Source: Phoronis australis (lineage: Eukaryota > Animalia > Phoronida). Taken from it: 49,118 nt of DNA. The notes beneath the pieces are model-generated. The model saw nothing but the letters and a program-made list of their open reading frames with translations. It was not told the origin of the DNA and did not search any database. The stretch lies in the NCBI GenBank assembly GCA_002633005.1, contig NMRA01000491.1, positions 68,111-117,228 of the forward strand, read 5' to 3'. A program made the translations under genes and the position numbers. Shown one piece after another: positions 29,401-41,400 of the stretch (the first letter of the stretch is position 1; each line of letters begins with the position of its first letter).

Positions 29401-32400
29401 AGGGATCCACAAATAACGGAAGCTTTCCTACGCTCCGACAATGCCAATTGTTACCATTCAGCCGCCCTTCTGATTCATTTGTTCTACATATCTGGTAACA
29501 CCGGCATCTCCATTCTGCGCTACGACTTCAGTGAAAGTCAGAAGGGAAAAGACATCTGTGACAGGAAAATCGCACCCTTGAAGGCCCATGCCAAGTACTT
29601 CGTCAATGAAGGCAACAACGTTCAAAATGCAGTCGACCTGAAACATGCGCTAGAGTCTAGAGGAGATGTCAAAGGCTGTTAGGTGTCGTCCTGTAGTGTG
29701 AATGCCCCAAAGGTCCTCCCCAAGCACAGTATCCCAGGGATAAGTTTGCTGACAAACTTTGAGTATTCCGCAGATGGCATTCGAGCATGGAAGGCCCATA
29801 GAGTAGGGGAGGGAAAACTTGTCATCAACAAGTCATGTAAACTGTTGCCTCTGAAAAGTCTTGACCTTGCAACACTCGAGTGTTTTACAACTCCAAGGGT
29901 TGAGTCGGGGCTGGTATCCCGTGAACGTCATACGAAGTTCACATGCACACACTATGGGTGCTCGAAATCTTTTCCTACAGATGCTGAGCTAAGTGAGCAC
30001 TTGGATGTTGGTGCTCATTCATCATCCCTCCAGAACGAGACTCAGTTCGACCACATTTCAAGACAATCCGAGATTTTATCCACTACCACAGCTGTATCAT
30101 CACCTGAGTTGTCCCCCGTTTACGTTATTGATCAAGTCGCCGCAGGATAGGGCCCTGAAAAGTACTAGAAAAGCGGTCCGCTTCTCTGAGAAGGTAAAGA
30201 TTTAACCCAGTGATATATTTTCTGAAGGTGAACAGTCAGGCAGAAAACAACAGCCAGCTGAGGCTGTGAAAAGATGATGCGAGAAGCCAGGAATAAGCAA
30301 AGAAAAGTTTTTTCCTCTGAAGAGTGGCTGTCGGAGTAGCAGATTGCTGGATTTTTTCCCGTATGGTTGTCGCGTTTCGAATCGGAAATATTCAGAATAT
30401 TGAAGATGCTGATGCTGCTGCTGCCCACGAGTTTGCCTCAATGAATGAGTTGGAGCTTGAAGTCATGAATGAGTTATCATCATAAACCGAGGAAATTATG
30501 AACATGTTTTAGTTGTTGTCTATTCTTACGATATTGTTGTGGTCATCATTATCGTAGCTAGGGGACTGGGGCCCACCCTGGGCGAAATTGGAAAAAAATG
30601 GAATATGACGCGAGTTAGGGGCTTCCATGGGGGAGAGATTTGAGTGGTGGCCGTTTGGGGAAAATAATCCAAGCCACTGATGGTCAACATTGAAATCTTC
30701 TGTCACTTTTTACTAGCGTTTTTTGTTTTATGTTCAGTTTGAGACTGGTAAAGCATACTTTTTACATGATTGATTCTCTTGAAACTACTGAGATTTTTAA
30801 AGGAGTGATTATCTAGTTTTGAGAAACGTTTATCTTAGACATGTGTACTGAGCAAAATAAAAAGACTTTGTGTTTCAGTAGCTCTTGTTTTCTTCAAACA
30901 AAATACAGTTTTTTGAAGTGTTGTGTAGAAATGCATCATACACTAAACCTAGCATACCTACAAGAAACTGTGCTTTTGAGTCCGCCGCATGAACGGAATT
31001 TACATATTGTGAAACTTTTAGCTGGTAAGTCGCAACAACACCCAATTGCTTAAATACTGGTTTGGAAAGCCGGTTTCTTGGATATCACTGAAACTATTAT
31101 GTTTTCAATCGTAAATATCCGTACCTGTTATTTTTCTGAAATTGCAAATTCCACTGGCGCACTGCCACCATGCTCGGTCGCTTTTGTGTAGTACAAGAAG
31201 CATTGCGTGACACTTTGTATGTCCAATAACACGACACTTCTGCTCGTATCCACCGTCCTCTTTTCAAGTGTGATCTCGAAGATCTTGATTAGTTTTAGTA
31301 TGAACTTTGCTAATAGTTTTAGAGGACTTTTTCATGCGCATATACAGGGATTTGACCAGGAGGTCTGAAAATGGACCAGCATGCACTGCAGGCAGTGCGT
31401 GGGATTCTTAGTCAGTTACGGTGTTTGAAAACTGGCCAAGCAATGGGTAATGGGCACCCTTAATAAGAATAAAACCTGCTTCTCTGAAGTATGAGATGGT
31501 GATGGGGTTGTATTATTAACTCATAAGTACATTAAAATTGACTTTTTTGATTTCTGTAATCCTATAACAAATTTTTATTTTTGCACCAGCAAAACTGAAA
31601 ATCCGCGAAGAAAAAATCTCTCATACAGCTTCCCATGATCTCCTTCGTCACTAATGTACCAAAACGAATGATATTTGTTCTATTTGGCATTTTGGTCGAT
31701 AGATAATTGCACAATCGAGTAGCGCCTCCTAGAGTCTTTTAATCAAGCTGACAGTCACAGATTGACAGAAAAGTGTGTAAGTGAGTTATGTAAAAAACTG
31801 ACTGCACAAAAACTATGAAAGAGACAAGATTTTTTAATCTTGCGTTGGGCTGAACAAAGACAGCAGTAACAGATGGAAGTAAACTCATGTTCCAAAAAAA
31901 TCCGATATAGATTTCGGAGAGTGATAAAGATGCGTAAAAATGGCCTTAATAATAAGCAGTGAAAATGACATTTTTGTAGGCTAAAATGGGAGGACATAAA
32001 AAATCAAAAAATACATCCGAACTAGTTTTTCTTGTACGTTATTCTTTCTTCTTTCTGCTATATAGTTATTTTTTTATAGCGTGAAGCGATGATGTGTTGT
32101 TGCTGACAAAAAGTCTCCTACTTCCAAGTACTATTAATGCTATTTTTCGGAAAAAGTACAAAGTGGTCGTAAAAAGGGTTAAAAAAACTCGGAAACTCTT
32201 AAAAATTCAGGCTCAGGTTTCTTTTGACAAGGCCAGCTGATATGCTAAGTTTCAAAAAAATTGGTGATTTTGCATATATAGCCCACCATCTGGTTTTTAT
32301 ATGGAATTGCTCTTAACTAGCCAGGCTAATGATGTCAAACCCACAACTGTAACATTTTGCTAATGATCAGTAATCTTTTTTGCCACATCCCTCACACGAT

Positions 32401-35400
32401 GCTTATGACAATGCAGCAACAGCAACCTGATAATTTGAAGTATAAAGAGCATTGCATAAGCTTGATCGATAAGGTGTGACAGTTGATGATGGTAAAAGGT
32501 AGAAGGACGATGTGCTGAATGGTGTTTGACTGTCAGGAAACATGGATGTGCGCAGTGAGTTTGTTAATTAGACGTCAATAATACTTCCTTAATAACCATG
32601 ATGGACAGGTGGCGATATGACTATTGAGGTATATAATTACAACAGCCACACAATACAGCCACAGACGAATGACACTAGAGCACAGTGACACTACCAGAAT
32701 GTGTAACGCAACATACATGCCCGACTCACTTAGCGCCAATAACTCCTGCGCGTTGAGTAGTCAATCGCTGCTTCGTGATATCAACTATCAAATTTTCATC
32801 ATCATTCTTTCGACCTTCTCCATTCTTGGCGTAGCCACCAATTCCGTTGTCATGGCGATCTATGTGCCCAAGGTTCTGCGCTTTGTACACAATGCCACCA
32901 ACTACTTCATTCTCCATCTGACCTTCATTGACTTGACCGTGAGTAGTCTTTCCATGCCGTTCATCATCTTCTATGAACTCCACATGGTGCGCAACATGCG
33001 ACTGTGTCAACTCCTACAGTACATCACGCACACGACTTCCTTTTGTTCCGTGCTGACGTTCGGCGCCATTGCCATCGACAGATACCTGGCTACTTGCAAG
33101 GCGCACAAGTACAAGATTCACTTCCAGCGGAAGGCAAAGCACATCACAGCCGCCATCCTCATTGTGTCCCTTGTCTGTTCCGTGCCAGCCATCTTTAAAC
33201 AGAGACAATTCCCAGATGGCAAGACACAATATTGCTTTGTTGACGAGAACTTACGAATAACCAAACTTTTCAGTATTTTCACAGCAGTTGTCTTCTGGTG
33301 CGTTATCGCCACAGCCCTCTTCCTCTACATGCTTGTCTTCTACACGATTATTTGCATAAGAAGGCGAAGAAGTCGAGAAGTGGGCATGCTGGGCTTACAA
33401 CAACAACTCGGGCCAACGAGAGACAGGAGACATGAGGTAAGTTGAACCTTACTCCCAACAGCAACTGTTGACTTTCAAACATCACTGAAGGGGGATGCTC
33501 TACCCAAAAACTGTAACACAACCTGAAGTTTGTCATGTTATCAATTTCAGCTGTACATAAGAGTTCAGAACACTTGAAGACATGGGTCACTTGACAGCTT
33601 ACACCTTTATACAACTGGTTATAAAAATGTGCAAAGCGGTATTTTTAATTGTTGCTGCGCTGATAAAGACTAAGATTTTTAAATTATAACAAAATTCACT
33701 TTCAGAGCTTCAGAAACAGATAATATTATGTAGTTTGTCAGTCAACAGATAAAATTATAGACAAGTTCCAATTTTAAAAAGGGAATTTCCACTGACTTCC
33801 TTTTTGTTTGCTCAAATTTTTGCTTTAAAGTAAAATGCAAAAACTTTTATTGCATTTCAGTCTTAGGTTGCACAACGTGCAGACATTTCTGCATTGACTG
33901 TACATAAATGAAATAAAATGCAACAAGTACCTTTCCAACTTTCTAACAAAATACGCAGAAAGTTGTGCATTGGCTGTGCATACATGATCCGTTTGAAATT
34001 TCATTCATTCAGTACCTTCTCTAATTTCTGTGCATTCTTCAGCAGTGGAGAACGAGCAGAAATTTCTGTGTAGAAATTTCTGCACATGTTTATCATACAC
34101 ACAGAGCAAATCTGTGCCATCTACGGATGACGAGATTTCCTGCAGTCATTCTAGCCTGTTGACAAACAAAATGAAGTACAGTAAACTAACGATAAATAAG
34201 AATTTGTTATTTAGTGAATACATGGTTCATACCAACCTTTGACAAAGGAATTCAAGGACTTTTCAAGCAGAAGGGGGGGGGGAGTTCAAGGCATATTCAT
34301 GGCCATTTTGGTACAGCTTTGTGNTGCATTCTTCAGCAGTGGAGAACGAGCAGAAATTTCTGTGTAGAAATTTCTGCACATGTTTATCATACACACAGAG
34401 CAAATCTGTGCCATCTACGGATGACGACATTTCCTGCAGTCATTCTAGCCTGTTGACAAACAAAATGAAGTACAGTAAACTAACGATAAATAAGAATTTG
34501 TTATTTAGTGAATACATGGTTCATACCAACCTTTGACAAAGGAATTCAAGGACTTTTCAAGCAGAAGGGGGGGGGAGTTCAAGGCATATTCATGGCCATT
34601 TTGGTACAGCTTTGTGAGCATAGCCCCTGCGAAAAATCTTTAAAAAGAGGGAACCAAATTTGCAATATTTGATTTATACCTGTTGTCAATTAATTTACTG
34701 CATCAAGAAAAAGGTTGCTGTTCATTATTTTTTAAATAATGTTTTTGCAACTGCTACAATAAAACATTAAAATATCATACACCTGATCATTACAGCGAAG
34801 CCTGGTCCAAAACAGTAAGTCAGCACAGAGTCAGAGACAGCGTGGATCTGCATTCTCACCACAATTGTCATTGAATTCAACGGCTACAACAAAGGCAAAG
34901 TTTCAATGTCGACAGCAAGAAACACATGACTATCAACTGGACATGCACGCCTCCATGCCAACAGAAAAAGTCCATACTTCCTGTCAGGGAAATGAAAAAC
35001 TGACAGGAAAACAAACACCTACCTCATGTGATGAGCTGGACACACAGGGGGATAGACCTGTATTGAACCATGAACAGGTCACCACACAGGGGCACAGGAG
35101 AGCTGTATTGCGTCTTGAACAAGTCACCGAGCAGGAGCATAGGAGTCTTGTATTGAGCCGTGAACAGGTCACCACGGAAGGGCACAGAAGTCCTGTAATG
35201 AGCCCTGAAGTGGTCACTGAGCAGGGCCACAGAAGTCATGTATTGCGCCATAAACAGGTCACTACACAGGGGCACAAGAGTCCTACAATGAGTCATGAAC
35301 AGGTCACCTGGCAGGGGCGCAGGAGTCCTGTAGTGAGCCGTGAACAGGTCCTCGACCAGGGGCACAGAAGTCTTGTATGGAGTCGTGATCATGTCACCTT

Positions 35401-38400
35401 GCAGGGACACTGGAGTCCTGTAATGAGCCATGAAAAGGTCACTGAGCAGGGACACTGGAGTCCTGTAATGAGCCATGAAAAGGTCACCGAGCAGGGGTAT
35501 AGGAGTCCTGTATTGACCCGTGAACAGGTCACCACGCAGGGGCATAGGAGTCTTGTATTGAGCCGTGGACACGTCACCAGGCAGGGGCACAGGATTTCTG
35601 TAGTGAGCCATGAACAGGTTACCGAGCAGGGGCACAAGAGTCTTGTACGGAGCTGTGATCATGTCACCACACAGGGGCACAGGAGTCCGGTACTGAACGA
35701 TGAACAGCCCAAAAGAAGCAGGGGACGCACTAGACTGGGAGACGATATTATTCAGAGTTTTGAGAAATGTGAAAACAAAGCAACTGCAAAAGAGGAGTCC
35801 TCAAATGATACCTGTCCAGGTGAACGAATGAAAAGGGTAAGATTTTTTCAGATTGCTGCAGATGCGAATGATGAGAAACAGGAAACTAGTAGATCTGCAG
35901 TGCCGTACCGCCATCTACCAGGTCTGTTGAAAACAGCTACCATGTTATTCGGAGTGACGGCAGTGTTCGTTCTGTCATGGCTGCCGTACGGATTGGAAAC
36001 TCTACACATCATACCATACTACCCGGTGATAGGGTATCTGTTCTTTGTCAATAACTGTACGAATGTGTTTGTGTTCACGGCCACCAGGAGTTCCTTCAGG
36101 AACGAACTAAGGAAATTGTTGCAGAACAAGTGCACCAACTTTTAGTCCATGAACAAGAAAATCCTACGCAGGACAACAAATGGTGATCTTTTCTGCACAG
36201 ATGCCAATCCAGAAAGGGGGTCGAGGGGTCTGGATAAACAAATGTTCCACCGCACGTATACTACTCTTATGGAGGAATGTGGAGATCCCTCTGGTTATAA
36301 TCCTGGATCCGTCAGAACTATAATCACATTCACTTAAATTCACTCTATTTTGTAACATGTGAATATGACTTTTGAACAATGTTTATTGAAAAGAAGAACA
36401 AAATATGCCTCGAGTTTCTGTTCCTTTCAACTCGGTTTAACAGGTTTTTGACAGTCTCGAGAAACATTGCGTAGCAGCATTGAACATCAACACACAATCT
36501 GTCCTTACAATCTGTCCTTGGGAAATTTAACAGATATGACAACACTTGAAGTAAGCTACTAGTTAAAATCTTAGCAGTACCTGGATAAAAAACCACAGCA
36601 GGGTCAAGCAGTTTGAATCACGTACATATATGACATATCAAACTACGGCTGACTTCATTCAACAGAAAAGAGTGAAATATTTCATACATTCGGAAAAATA
36701 TGTGATAAATGGGGCTATTCCGAAAATTTACATTAACTAAAGGGTGCGTGTGTACTAGTGGTGATAGATTAAGCTGCCTCAATTTCGTGAGCCCTTTAAC
36801 CCTTATCCTGCTGAGCCTCTATTCAGACTACTTTCCCTGTGTGCTGAGCTAAGTAGGTCACCACTACTGCTTTACACTAAGCTGTTGCGGAGGTCACCTA
36901 GACAAATGACCTAACAATTTTAAATTGGAAATTTGAAGGGGAAATATTAAATTAACAGAAAAGAAGTCAATACAAAACTTGTGCAGAATTTAATGGAGAA
37001 TTTCACCATATATAAGTCTTTATCATAGCCTTGGTGAAAGTAAACTGATCCACTGTCATCCTCTCCCGTATGGCTCCAGCCATATAATGAAACTATGTGT
37101 CTACACTTACATAAACCTGCCAATATCTCCCAAACTAGTAATCACAGCCATATGGTTTAAATTGGAGAACAGTAGAGGAAGTTGTGAAGTATGGAATGCT
37201 CATGGTCACATATCAAAACAACATTCCAGGGCTCTTACAATTTCTGAATGAAAATCACAAGTGTCCTGGGGTGAGTGCACTCTCCTAGGGCAGCCCAGCT
37301 GTAACTTATTATAGTCGATTGTGTACACCCAACGCATTTTAATAGGATAATTGGCATGTCCGAAGGATAAGGGTTAAATACATGGTGAAATGGCTTGCAG
37401 CAGAGCCAACTGAATCTGAGATTGCATGAAAAGGGTTCTTCTATGAGAGGAAGTAAGCACGACCTTATACAAAGGTAAGGTTTGTGATGATTTTAATGAT
37501 TATTCCATGTTTATTCTACTGATGCCTGTTAACTGAGGTACTCGCTGATGTCCACTTCCAATAATTTCTAACAGGTTTATCAATGACAGTTACATCAATC
37601 AATGCTGAATGTTTATGCTGTCAACTCAATATTGGTTAGTGAATTAAGATTACAATCCAAGCCCAATGGCAAAGGGTATGTGACAAATATCCATTGGCAT
37701 TAGACTACTTGTTTACTCCCTATCTTATGTCTTCCTGAAATCTATTACACATTGAAATGGAAATCTATCATGTCTGTTTTCAGTTCAACTTTGGTTTTTA
37801 GGTTTGAGGGCTTGTACTGTGCAGGGGAGATATGCATTGCTTCTGCACCGCCCCTGAATGGACAAAAATTGGTTTTAAGCAGTTGACTGCAGCTAACCAG
37901 CAAGATCTTCCCAGAGCAGATCTGCTGTCAAAGCCTACTTTCTATATTGGAGACAATGAACAAAGCCTTTGAAAAGGGACAGCTATTTTTAAAGAAAGGT
38001 ATGTAAGTCATTTTGTTAATTTACTCATTCAGGTCCTTAGCAGGGGTTGGCATAGGGGGTTGGGGTTGTAAAATTTGGTGCAACTGAATGTGTGGAAATA
38101 ACAGGTAATAGTATCTGAGCGAAAGAGCATGGTGAGGTAATTCTTAACCTTCATGAAGTTCCTTCAAGTTTATTTCATGAAACTGTTTTCCAATCAATTG
38201 TAAACCCATCAAAATATATTACATTTTCTGAATTCTCAATGACTGAATACTCTTAACTCATGCCTTGAAATGTTGCTAGTCGTTTATAAATTCAAATGAT
38301 TGCCATTTTTTGTGAAAATTGCATTTTTGATGGTGCCTTATGATTTGTAATTACTCTTTAACAACAGAGAGATTATCTATAAATTTTTAAATGACCCAAG

Positions 38401-41400
38401 TCTTCATATCTTCTATTGGAAGAAAAATAAAAAGTCTGAGAAACTGTTCCCTCAGTCTTAAACCAGAAGTATGCTTGACAGACCCATGAATCTGTAATCG
38501 GAGTTTAAAATTGCTGAAAATATCAAACATAAAAAGGCTTGAAAATGGGTAACAAAGGTTTGAAGTTGTCCCAAATAACTTGCATATTTTGCGGACAAGT
38601 GACGTATTTAAAGAATTGTTATGGCTACAAATGAAAAGTAGACACAGTTTTATACAATACTTATTATATACACCCTTGCTTCCTAGAAATAGTAATTAAT
38701 ATTTAATTTTGTGTGAAATTGTAGAGCAGTCACCATATCATATTTTTGAAAAACAGGGGTAGCATTTTTGACCCAACCTGGAGTATTTAATTATTCATAT
38801 TTCGATATTTGTTCTAGGTTCATTGACATTTTAAGACCATTTCAAGCCGCAACATTGACAAGCTTTGTTACTCCTTTCTCTTCCCATAGCATTTCCACAC
38901 ACAAGCAGTGCTGCATGGCACAATGTACAAATCAGTGGCCCTGGAGACATGTGAATCGCAGTACTAAGTTACCACAGACAATGTGCCGGTGGATTGTTTG
39001 TGCTTGAAGAGGAACTATATCTGACTGCTACACACGACAGCCTCGTTGGTGAGGATGCCCTTTCATAGGCAATGAGTCATGTGTGGACAACAGCTTATTT
39101 CCTTTCCTGGAAGAAACACGAGGGACTGAAGCTAAAGAAGACCTAGTGACACTCTGGTCTAGTTCAGGGTCAAATTTTGGGTACAAAACGAGTCAAGTGA
39201 TATACTGTTGTGTTTACCTTCAAGGATCTAATTGTGGATGTTATTGAGGTTGAAAGAGGTAACATGAAGGAAAGCCACGTGCCGAAACTGGACCTTTATA
39301 CAAGCGCTTCTATAGGTCATTGAAACTAGATCCCAGCGAAATGAAAACCAAAAGCATCTGGTATAAATACCTGTCCTATCTCACTGAGTGATGTTAACTT
39401 CTCCTTTCAGAAGGAAGGCTTTATACTAATGGTAAAAACTTTTCAATTTGGTACACATTATGGGTAAATGACATTCATTGACTGCATCGATTGTCTTATT
39501 GTCAGTAGAAAGCCCATTAATGTTACACTTTGATGATCCAACAAATTTTTCATCAACAGGCAAGTTTGTCACTAATTATTGAAACCACAATATTTCAGTT
39601 TTAAAGCCCCATACAGTGCAGTTGTGCTTATTCTTTATAAAGCTGAAATGATTACCGATTACGCTTGTGAATTGTCATTTTCCTGTTGACCTCTACAAAT
39701 GTGCAGTGATCAAAATGAAGTATTCCCTTTGCTTGCATTTGATTTCTTTGTGTGTGTAATTTATTTTTAGAGCTTTCTTAAGAAGGCGTTTGAACAATTT
39801 TAAGTTTTGTGTTAACTTGTCTACAACAAAAGTTCCACATGCAAGAAAAGTATGTTTTCAATGGTAGCTAGCTGGATAAGAATCTGCTATGCAAGATTCG
39901 AGAATAAACAATTCTCAGTATATTTAAAAACAAAATGGCAAACTGAACAACCACATACATATAAAGAAACAACATTGTTAAAAACATTTGTAATTTTCCC
40001 AATGCAACGGAGTCCATAATCAGGCATATCAAGGGCTGACTCTCTGAATTAGGTTCAATTCCCTCAGGTTATTGTTGAAGGATTGCTTTTCACTTAGTCC
40101 AAAGGTAAAATAGATGGTCAGGCGGCTGGTATCAGTCGTTTTCTCTCACCTGTAACAGAATAGTCAGAGAAATATTAGCAAATTATAAAAGAAAACACAA
40201 GACAAGACTACCTTTGTAAGGCAGAACATACTTGATGTTTCATCTTCACTTTTATATGTAGAAACTAATAATCTTTGTACCCAAATCTTATTTAAGATCT
40301 TAATTAAAATTTGTGAAACAGGCTAAAAGTGATTTAACAAATGAATGTGTATTTTCATGACACCTAAAATGTGTTCCTGATCTCAACAAATAAAATTCAT
40401 TTTAGGTGTCAATTTTTATTCCAATGCAATGTTACGACATATACTTAATAGCTCATTCATGTTAATTTGGTAACTAATCTGGTAGTCCTGGGGGTCGGGT
40501 TGCCATAAAATAAGGAAACGCACCCATCTAGAGAATTTTATTGGACACAGCATAGTTTTGAAGAGAAACTGCTGTGAAAAAGTCACCCTTGACTTCTGAG
40601 CGTCACGTACCATACACCTCTTATATTGGGCGCACTCCCACTCAGGACAGTGTGAATATGTGCGGCTATCCTACCATCCGCATCCCGGATGAGTTTCTGA
40701 AAAGGGACACTTAGTTCCACTGAATGAACCCGTTATTCAGTGGGGTAACTGGTGGGGATAGCATCACCGAACGATGTCGATAGAAACTGGTTGCTAAATA
40801 CTTACTAAGTAACGTTATGTAGTCTCTCAATGGAAATGCATAGAGCATACAGTGAGGCTTCGACATCCACACACTTTCTGTCAGTTGGTTGACCCTTTTG
40901 ACCGCAATTCTCCATGCCTGTAGTAACCTTAGGTCTTTTGGGAATTTGTGACCACCTGTCGAAGACTTGTACCAGGGAAAATAGCAGTAATAAGGCTTAG
41001 CGCGACGAGATATTTTGGTATTAATTGCATCTTTTTACCAGCTGTTTACCTGCTGACAGCGACTCATGCGCAATTCAATCACCACTAGTACAGCAACGAC
41101 ACTGCAAAGAGAATTCTCCGAATAGCCCCATTAGTTCTGTTTTCAACAGATTGCTACAGAACAATTAGACCACTGACAGTGACAGTACAAACAAGAACAA
41201 CGCTCCCTGCACCCACCAATGCACCACAAGCCGTGTGCTTCCAGGGTTGCTCATTTGTTTCACAAAAATATCCACTAGATGGCGGAAAATCATCCAGTCC
41301 ATCTGAGAACGGGAAAATGCCATCGCTTCTTTAATAGAAAGCTATTTACCAAATTTCATAAAAATCTCTCAAGGAACTTCAGAGAACAGGGCTCAACATT

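Larger units (their letters stand above)
36711..41129. mobile_element. Decayed ISL2EU-like (PIF/Harbinger-related) DNA transposon (4.4 kb)
   Basis: Inverted termini GGGGCTATTCCGAAAATT vs GGGGCTATTCGGAGAATT (16/18), each flanked by AT; THAP relic on the minus strand near the right end and SAP/SWIM-like relic on the plus strand near the left end. Confidence 0.65.

Noticed and set aside
35024-35680. 218-aa minus-strand ORF
   Set aside because: Antisense shadow of the 45-bp coding repeat in the GPCR.
39960-40149. Minus-strand segment with a good acceptor, as a possible extra ITPR exon
   Set aside because: Stops in all three frames and no IP3R similarity; it lies inside the ISL2EU-like element.
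27572-41129. Single composite transposon carrying the GPCR as cargo
   Set aside because: The two flanking elements each have their own paired termini and different target sites (TTAA vs AT); no shared outer repeats.
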